In this document: positions 23,471 to 29,802 of the stretch, piece by piece | How the letters are laid out: each line of letters starts with the position of its first letter | How positions within the stretch are numbered: position 1 is the stretch's first letter | IMG/VR virus record: IMGVR_UViG_3300045988_171260 | Length of the DNA stretch: 29,802 nucleotides | Origin: a virus | Reading direction: 5' to 3' (one strand) | Made by a program: the position numbers and the translations under genes | The notes under the pieces: model-generated | What the model saw: the letters and a program-made list of their open reading frames with translations, nothing else | Told to the model about the DNA's origin: nothing | The model's database searches: none

Positions 23471-24055
23471 ATGGCTGCTACAACAATTAAAAGAGTTGGT
23501 TTTGGTCAAGTTGAACCTAATCATTTGTCAGCTCAAAGAACTTCTCAGATTTATGCACAGTTACCAGCAAAATCTGATATTAGTATTCTTGAAAATGGTC
23601 AGTATGTAAAATATGACTATGCTAATGGAGAAGTTAATTTTACTGGCAAAGGCGAATGGATGATGGTGTTCAACGAAGTAAAATTATACGATGATAAGTG
23701 GAGAGAGTCTTATAAAGACTTTGCTATGATTAAAGATAATTATACAGCGGGAAGCGATGATATTACTCATGGTGGCTTAGGTCCACTTAAAGGTCAGATG
23801 GTTCCGCGTGTAATTAAAACAAATGTTGGAGATATTTATACTACTAATGCTGTTGGTGCTGCGAATACAAGCGGAAAAGCAGAATATGCTGGTATTGCTC
23901 TTGAAGTAGGAGACTTTTTAAAAGTTGACACAACAGGCTTCTTAGTAAAAGATGAAACAGCAGAAGCTTCAACAGAAAGTATGTTATGGCAAGTAGTAAA
24001 AATTTATACTATGGCAGATGGACAACCAGCTGTTAAGGTAATGAGAGTTAAATAA
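23471..24055 (+). CDS. Structural protein (194 aa), possibly a head decoration or minor capsid protein
   Basis: AAGGAGG RBS. Immediately upstream of the major capsid gene. Function is by position only. Confidence 0.5.
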   Translation: MAATTIKRVGFGQVEPNHLSAQRTSQIYAQLPAKSDISILENGQYVKYDYANGEVNFTGKGEWMMVFNEVKLYDDKWRESYKDFAMIKDNYTAGSDDITHGGLGPLKGQMVPRVIKTNVGDIYTTNAVGAANTSGKAEYAGIALEVGDFLKVDTTGFLVKDETAEASTESMLWQVVKIYTMADGQPAVKVMRVK

Positions 24056-24070
24056 GGAGGATTATAAGAG

Positions 24071-25099
24071 ATGGCTTTAAGTAGAAAAGATTTATTTACA
24101 TTAGCTAAAACCGTAGCAAAAGCTAATCCTTCTTCTCAGGTTGCTTATTCTTTCGGTAATGAAAAATTTAGCTATTCAGATTTAAACGATACATTGAGAA
24201 ACGAATTAAGAGAAATCGCGGGAACATACGCACTTTATCGCGAAAATAAGAATACAATTTTTGCTCTTATGGAAGAGACTATTGACGATATTCTTCCAAA
24301 AAAAGTATTAGAGCAGTATGGTCAATTTGCTGAAATTAAGACATTTAGCCAGGGAGACAAACCTGTATTCACTCAGAGAATTACGGTTGCTTCAAAGAGA
24401 CGTGCAAAACAATTTATTACAAAAGTTGGATTAGCAGGTATTTATGAAGTATTCAAACTGGATGGTAAATCTTATGAAGTTCCTACAAGTGCTTTTGGTG
24501 GAGCTGCTCAGATTGGATTTGAAGAGTTCTTAGATGGACGTATAGATTTCGCAGATGTTCTTGACATTGTTATGGAAGGATTAGACGAAAGCGTTTATCT
24601 TGAAATTGAAAGAGCTTTGAAAGGTGCTGTAACTAATTTACAAGCTAATAATAAAACCACCCAAGGTTCTTTTATAGAAGCTGAAATGGATAAATTGTTA
24701 GCTGTAGCAGATTCTTATGGACAAGCTACTATTTATTGTACGTATGAATTCGCAGCTACCATGGTACCTGCTGAAGGTTGGGTTTCAGACGCTATGAAAG
24801 ACCAGAAATGGAATAATGGTTATTTAGCAAATTATAAAGGACATAGAGTAATTGTTTTACCTCAGTCTTATGAAGATGAAACTAATAGTAAAAAAGTTAT
24901 CGACCCATCTTATGCATGGATTATTCCTACTGGCGGAAATGATAAACCTGTAAAAATTGCTCTTGAAGGACAGACTATCGTTAGAGAAATTGAAAATGCT
25001 GATATGTCAAGAGAAATTCAGGTTTACAAGAAAATGGGTGTTGCTGCAATTATTACTAATAATATTTGCGTATATAGAAACACTGGTTTGACTCAATAA
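24071..25099 (+). CDS. Major capsid protein (342 aa), HK97-fold family inferred
   Basis: AAGGAGG RBS. Size and gene order. Followed by a strong terminator, as expected for the most abundant late transcript. Confidence 0.75.
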   Translation: MALSRKDLFTLAKTVAKANPSSQVAYSFGNEKFSYSDLNDTLRNELREIAGTYALYRENKNTIFALMEETIDDILPKKVLEQYGQFAEIKTFSQGDKPVFTQRITVASKRRAKQFITKVGLAGIYEVFKLDGKSYEVPTSAFGGAAQIGFEEFLDGRIDFADVLDIVMEGLDESVYLEIERALKGAVTNLQANNKTTQGSFIEAEMDKLLAVADSYGQATIYCTYEFAATMVPAEGWVSDAMKDQKWNNGYLANYKGHRVIVLPQSYEDETNSKKVIDPSYAWIIPTGGNDKPVKIALEGQTIVREIENADMSREIQVYKKMGVAAIITNNICVYRNTGLTQ

Positions 25100-25106
25100 T
25101 TTAATA

Positions 25107-25140
25107 TGGGGAAGATATTATCTTCCCCAATATTTTTATA
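25107..25140 (+). terminator. Rho-independent terminator after the capsid gene
   Basis: Stem ggggaagata/tatcttcccc followed by tatttttata. Confidence 0.75.
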
Positions 25141-25166
25141 TATATTTAGAGATAAAAGGAGAAAAT

Positions 25167-25736
25167 ATGTTAGAGAAAGATACTTTAATCAAAGTTATAA
25201 ATAGAGATAATGGAACTGTTGGTTATACAATTCCTGACTTAGGAAATTTACATCGTAATTTTCAGCCAAGAGAAGAAAAAGAAGTTACTATGGACGAGTT
25301 GAGAAAGCTATCTTATTTACCAGGCGGAATAGTTATTTTAAAAGACTGTTTAATCATTAAAAACAAAGAGGCTTTAGAAGAATTACTTCCAGAAGTCGAG
25401 CCAGAATATTTTTATTCAGAAGAAGATATTAAAAAATTACTTTTAACAGGTTCATTAGATCAGCTTATGGATTGCCTAGACTTTGCTCCTATTGGTGTTA
25501 TTGATTTAGTCAAAGAGTTAGCAGTTAAATTAAAAATTAATGACATTAGTAAGAGAGAAGCTATTTTTGAGAAGACTGGTTTTAATGTAAGCAAGGCTAT
25601 TGAAATCAATAAAGAGACAGACGAAAATGAAATTCCTAAAGAAAAAATTAGAAGAGCTACTCCAGTTTCTTCAACATCAACTTCGACAGGAAGAAGAACA
25701 GCTCCGCCAAAATACAAAGTAACAGTTACAAAATAA
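25167..25736 (+). CDS. Hypothetical structural protein (189 aa)
   Basis: AAAGGAG RBS. In the head-tail joining region. Confidence 0.6.
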   Translation: MLEKDTLIKVINRDNGTVGYTIPDLGNLHRNFQPREEKEVTMDELRKLSYLPGGIVILKDCLIIKNKEALEELLPEVEPEYFYSEEDIKKLLLTGSLDQLMDCLDFAPIGVIDLVKELAVKLKINDISKREAIFEKTGFNVSKAIEINKETDENEIPKEKIRRATPVSSTSTSTGRRTAPPKYKVTVTK

Positions 25737-25755
25737 AACATAAAGGGAGGCAATT

Positions 25756-26325
25756 ATGAATAATATTAATAAAACTCCTTTTTCTAAAGTTTATGATTGT
25801 TTTTTATCAACTAAGGTAACAGACGATATGTACTTAGAATTAACTGAATTAGAGACGTTTCGTATGTTGCAAGACCTCTTGCTTTCCGCAATGCATAAGT
25901 TTGAATTTCCGCGAGTTAATCTTTACGATTATGAAGAAGATTCTTTTGTAGACGAATCTATTTATAAAGGAGTTGAAAGTAATAATATAGAAGTTAAAGC
26001 TTTTATTTATTCAGGTGGTTTTTTTAATAGTTTTTTAACTCAAGAGGAAATCAATATTCTCGCGGTTTACATGGTTGTAGAGTGGATAGGATATCAGTTA
26101 GCTTCGATTGAGAATACTAGACTTAAATATAGCGGTTCAGATTTTAAATTTACTTCTCAGGCAAATCATATGCATAAATTATTAGCAATTAAGAAAGATT
26201 ATGAAAGAGAAGGATTTCATTTACAGAGATTGTATAAAAGAAGAAAAGCTGATAAAAAAGGTATTGTGCGTTCAACCTTCAATATTATTATGGAACCAAT
26301 AGAGGAGGAGCGTTATGATACTTAA
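25756..26325 (+). CDS. Putative head-tail adaptor/connector (189 aa)
   Basis: AGGGAGG RBS. Gene order. Functional call is positional. Confidence 0.55.
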   Translation: MNNINKTPFSKVYDCFLSTKVTDDMYLELTELETFRMLQDLLLSAMHKFEFPRVNLYDYEEDSFVDESIYKGVESNNIEVKAFIYSGGFFNSFLTQEEINILAVYMVVEWIGYQLASIENTRLKYSGSDFKFTSQANHMHKLLAIKKDYEREGFHLQRLYKRRKADKKGIVRSTFNIIMEPIEEERYDT

Positions 26326-26620
26326 ATATGGTGCGGAAATAGATAAATCCGCTATTGATAAAAACTTAAATAGAATTACAAATCAAATCTATAAGTTATT
26401 GCCAAGTAGAGAAGAAAAAACAGATTGGCAAAAGCCATTAACTACTATTATTGAAGAGCTTGCGGGAATGGATAGACTGTTATTTGACCAGCATGAAGTT
26501 CTGTTTCCGCTCTTGTGTAAATTAGAAGGATTATTCCTGCTATCAGAAGATAAAGATTTTTTTCTTTATAGAAGGACTATCTTCGAATGTTTAGGATTGA
26601 TAAATAATATAAAGATATGA
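26315..26620 (+). CDS. Putative head-closure/connector protein (101 aa)
   Basis: GGAGGAG RBS. Start overlaps the upstream gene by 11 nt. Small size typical of head-tail joining proteins. Confidence 0.55.
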   Translation: MILKYGAEIDKSAIDKNLNRITNQIYKLLPSREEKTDWQKPLTTIIEELAGMDRLLFDQHEVLFPLLCKLEGLFLLSEDKDFFLYRRTIFECLGLINNIKI

Positions 26621-27576
26621 GTGGATTAGATAATTTAAAAACTAGACTTAATTATTATGGCGGAAGTAAGGAACGAAGGCTTATTAATGATAAACTTAGA
26701 TCATTAAAAAAAGCTATGTATTCTTATCAAGGTCAAACCGCGATTCTTGAAGACGGACGAGAGTTTAAATGCTTAATTAACCCAAATAAGTTAAATCCAG
26801 ATTACGATAATAAAATACTTTCTATACCTTATAAAGATGTATGTTTAAATAAAGACAGATTAGGAAAAACTTCTGAAGCAGAAGAGGAGTTGGGGATAAA
26901 GTCTGGAGACATTATCTCTTGGAAAGAGACTAATACTAAATGGATTATTTATTTACCTTTTTTAGAAGAAGTTGCTTATTTTAGAGCGGAGATTAGAAAG
27001 TGCGAGGCTCAAGCTGAATTAAACGGGAAGAAATATTGGATTTATATTAGAGGTCCGGTAGAAACTACTATTCAATGGAATAAAAAGAATAATACAGTTT
27101 GGAATGACTTAAATAACACCTTAGTTTTTTATATTACTAAGAATGAGGAAACTTTAGATTTTTTTCATAGATTTAAGTTATTGAAAATAGAAGGACAAAC
27201 TTGGGAAGTCCAAGACACGAATATCTTTTATGGGGAAGGTATTATTAAAGTTACTGTAAAAGAATATTATGAGAATCCGCTTCAAGATTATTATGAAGAA
27301 AGAGAAAAAGAAAAAAAAGAAGATTCAACAACAGAATCTGATATAGTAGGAGATGTTGAAGTATATCCATATGATATAAAAGAATATTCTTTAAAAGGAG
27401 ATTTTAAAGAAGGTACTTGGAGCATAAATAATAATAAAGCGAAAATTATAGAAATAAAAAATAATTCTGCTATTGTAGAGGTAGTAACTGGAAAAAGTGG
27501 AGAATTTATTTTAACTTACAGTGAAAAAGATCAAGGAAAGGTTTTAACTTTAAAAGTAAAAATCAATTCTTTGTAA
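26617..27576 (+). CDS. Hypothetical structural protein (319 aa)
   Basis: ATGA overlap with the upstream stop (translational coupling). Confidence 0.6.
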   Translation: MSGLDNLKTRLNYYGGSKERRLINDKLRSLKKAMYSYQGQTAILEDGREFKCLINPNKLNPDYDNKILSIPYKDVCLNKDRLGKTSEAEEELGIKSGDIISWKETNTKWIIYLPFLEEVAYFRAEIRKCEAQAELNGKKYWIYIRGPVETTIQWNKKNNTVWNDLNNTLVFYITKNEETLDFFHRFKLLKIEGQTWEVQDTNIFYGEGIIKVTVKEYYENPLQDYYEEREKEKKEDSTTESDIVGDVEVYPYDIKEYSLKGDFKEGTWSINNNKAKIIEIKNNSAIVEVVTGKSGEFILTYSEKDQGKVLTLKVKINSL

Positions 27577-27603
27577 GATGTGAATAGAGATAAAAGGAGT
27601 AAT

Positions 27604-28188
27604 ATGAAAAGAAATTTAGCCGTAACGAATATTCAATCATCTTTTCTCTCTTGTGAAAAAGATACTGAAAGAATATTAAAAAAACTTTTTGTTGAAAGTA
27701 AACCTTATAGTGACGATCTAAAAAGACTTTTGGTAATAAATACTAAAGACTGTTTAGATAATAAAGAAGATGAACAGTATAAAAAAAAATTAACTGAAAT
27801 GACTCTTGGAAAAATGATTGAGCAGGGTTATGTTAAATTAAAACCTAAGCTTAGACTTCCTGAACATGAAGAAATTAAATCTTATATAATTGTTTCTTAT
27901 GATAATTTTACACCCAATAGAACAAATCCAGAATTTAGAGATTGTACGATTAATTTTGACGTATTATGTCATACTGATTATTGGGATATAGGAAACTATA
28001 GAGTGAGACCGCTTAAAATTTGTGGTTATATAGATGGGCTTTTGAATAATACAAAATTAACAGGAATTGGAGAATTGCAGTTGGCAAGATGTAATGAATT
28101 ACTTTTAGATGAAGACTTAAGCGGATATAGTTTAACTTATAAAGCAATTCATGGCAGTGATGATAAGATTCCTTCTGAGGAAGAATAA
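27604..28188 (+). CDS. Hypothetical structural protein (~194 aa). Track start 27580 is GTG.
   Basis: ATG at 27604 with AAAGGAG RBS 7 nt upstream. Confidence 0.6.
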   Translation: MKRNLAVTNIQSSFLSCEKDTERILKKLFVESKPYSDDLKRLLVINTKDCLDNKEDEQYKKKLTEMTLGKMIEQGYVKLKPKLRLPEHEEIKSYIIVSYDNFTPNRTNPEFRDCTINFDVLCHTDYWDIGNYRVRPLKICGYIDGLLNNTKLTGIGELQLARCNELLLDEDLSGYSLTYKAIHGSDDKIPSEEE

Positions 28189-28931
28189 TGAATAATGATT
28201 TACTTTTATTGTCTGGTAATGATATTGCTTTTACAGAAGCTCAACTCACTGTACATCAACCTATTATTAAAGAAATTGCTTATATTGGAGAAGAAACTTT
28301 TTTTATGGGATGCGAATTTCTAAATTTTTCAAAAGATAATTTAAGTAAAGAGGACAAAGTTAATTTAAGAAATAAAACTAATTTTGAAATATTAATGTCA
28401 ATAATGAAAAGCAAAAATGTTATTGCCCAACAGAATAAAAACTGTGCTTTATTAGTGCTAATGTTATTATTCCCAGAATATAGTTTATCATTAGATATGT
28501 TTATGGAACAAATTGTTCTAAAAAAAGATGGGAAAGAATATTTTATCAATAATAAAAATTATGAAGCATTTAAAAGTATTCTAATTTCTGTCTTTTGTTT
28601 AGATAAAAACAAAGATGATGTATCTTCATATAATCCTGGTAATGATGCAGCTAGAAAAATCGCGGAAAAGCTGAAAAAAGGTCGAGCTAAAGTTGCATCT
28701 TTAAAAAGTGATTCTCAAAAAATTTCTATTTTAGAAAGATATATTTCTATCTTAGCTGTTGGAGAAAATAAAGATATAAATTCTTTAATGCAATATACTG
28801 TTTATCAATTATTTGACGAGTTTCAGCGGTTTGAATTAAAACAAAGCTATGATATATATTTTAAAGCTAAATTAGCTGGAGCTAAAGATTTGGATGAAGT
28901 AGAAAATTGGATGAAAAATATCCATCCATAA
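28188..28931 (+). CDS. Hypothetical structural protein (247 aa), possibly tail completion/terminator
   Basis: ATGA overlap with the upstream stop. Immediately upstream of the major tail gene. Confidence 0.55.
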   Translation: MNNDLLLLSGNDIAFTEAQLTVHQPIIKEIAYIGEETFFMGCEFLNFSKDNLSKEDKVNLRNKTNFEILMSIMKSKNVIAQQNKNCALLVLMLLFPEYSLSLDMFMEQIVLKKDGKEYFINNKNYEAFKSILISVFCLDKNKDDVSSYNPGNDAARKIAEKLKKGRAKVASLKSDSQKISILERYISILAVGENKDINSLMQYTVYQLFDEFQRFELKQSYDIYFKAKLAGAKDLDEVENWMKNIHP

Positions 28932-29014
28932 TATTACTTTATGTATAAAGATAACTTAAAAAAGTTATTTTTAAAAGATAAATTAAGAATTTTATATAAG
29001 GAGGATAATGCGTT

Positions 29015-29802
29015 ATGAAGTTTGGCGTTAGAGAGATTTGTGATGTAGTGTTTAAAGCGAAAGCAAATGTCACTATTGGTAATACTAAATTCGTCAAAGG
29101 TCAGCCTGTACTTTATATAGATACAGCAAAAACTTCTACCTTAGAAGGTGCTGCAACCACAGTCTATGCACAGGGTGGAAAAGGAAACACTAGACTGATC
29201 GCATGGGAAGGTGAAAAGACTTTAACTTTTACAGTTGAAGATGCTCTATTATCACCTATTGGTTTTGCTGTACTTTCTGGAGCAGGCTTAGTTAAAGCTG
29301 ATAGTAAGAATTTAGTCCATGTTCATATGACAACTGATGTAATCGCGGGAGCAGAAGGTGTTTGTGAAATCACTTATGAAGCTTTTGATGATGAAACAAC
29401 AACAATCTGTAATACAACAGATGTTCCTGTATTTGGTACTGTTTTAGATGGTTCTGGCTCAGGCATTAAATTCTTAGGAGCAGGTACATTTGAAGCAGCA
29501 ACCGCAACGGTAAATGTAAAATCTACTACTATAGAAAATGCTATTGAAGTATCAAACGGAAAAACTTGTCAGATTAAATTTACAGGTGCGGTTGAAGGTC
29601 AGGTAGTAAGAATTGATTATTACATCATTAAATCTGCAGGTGCTCAGACCATTACTATTGATGCTGAAAACTTTGCTGGTTACTACTATGTAGAAGCTAG
29701 TACATTATTTAGACGTCAGGATACTGGAGTAGATATGCCTGCTGAATTAGTTATTCCGAATGTAAAAATTCAGTCTAACTTTACATTCACTATGGCTGCT
29801 AC
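29015..29802 (+). CDS. Major tail (tube) protein, 5' portion; ORF runs off window end. Not in the ORF track.
   Basis: AAGGAGG RBS. ATG at 29015 after a 7-codon decoy ORF. Open frame to the window end: MKFGVREICDVVFKAKANVTIGNTKFVKGQPVLYIDTAKTSTLEGAATTVYAQGGKG.... Gly/Thr/Val-rich beta-type composition typical of siphovirus tail tube proteins. Confidence 0.6.
   Translation, partial: MKFGVREICDVVFKAKANVTIGNTKFVKGQPVLYIDTAKTSTLEGAATTVYAQGGKGNTRLIAWEGEKTLTFTVEDALLSPIGFAVLSGAGLVKADSKNLVHVHMTTDVIAGAEGVCEITYEAFDDETTTICNTTDVPVFGTVLDGSGSGIKFLGAGTFEAATATVNVKSTTIENAIEVSNGKTCQIKFTGAVEGQVVRIDYYIIKSAGAQTITIDAENFAGYYYVEASTLFRRQDTGVDMPAELVIPNVKIQSNFTFTMAA

Noticed and set aside
16508-28549. Minus-strand ORFs inside the structural operon (16508..16753, 21098..21301, 22518..22772, 25460..25753, 28280..28549)
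   Set aside because: Each is antisense to a long, RBS-supported plus-strand structural gene in a unidirectional operon.

Overview
This window is an AT-rich (roughly 30% GC) segment of a tailed-phage genome. Consensus sigma-A-type promoters (TTGACA-17-TATAAT) and GGAGG-type ribosome-binding sites point to a low-GC Gram-positive (Firmicutes-like) host; that host assignment is inference.

Positions 1-15.7 kb are an accessory or early region transcribed mostly leftward on the minus strand. It holds dozens of small genes, and almost every one has its own near-perfect promoter, a conserved leader and a factor-independent terminator. Recognisable products are: an AAA+ ATPase next to a SprT-like Zn-metallopeptidase; a helix-turn-helix (HTH) protein fused to a GIY-YIG domain; a DEDDh 3'-5' exonuclease; a HAD-family phosphatase or nucleotidase; a SLOG/DUF2493-like protein; and several small membrane or secreted proteins.

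Positions 15.8-29.8 kb are a rightward morphogenesis operon driven by one consensus promoter. In order it encodes two zinc-ribbon proteins, the terminase large subunit, a Vsr/DUF559-like small endonuclease, the portal protein, a scaffold-like protein, the major capsid protein followed by a strong terminator, head-tail joining proteins, and a partial major tail protein that runs off the 3' end.

Unusual non-coding content:
- Two cytosine-depleted, purine-rich tracts (3443-3946 and 5281-6108) flank a small plus-strand two-gene module and a dense cluster of long perfect palindromes (4935-5265).
- At 10590-10880 there are two pairs of face-to-face consensus promoters, each pair converging on a GC-rich hairpin, separated by an A29 homopolymer.
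- The ~2 kb divergent region (13.8-15.7 kb) contains a 12-mer (TGTCAATAGACA) four times in alternating orientation, TTTGTGCA upstream elements and an extremely AT-rich tract. It is a candidate origin or regulatory switch.
- A tandemly duplicated two-gene cassette lies at the left end.

No integrase, repressor, tRNA or CRISPR array was found. Coordinates located by hand are +/-2 nt.
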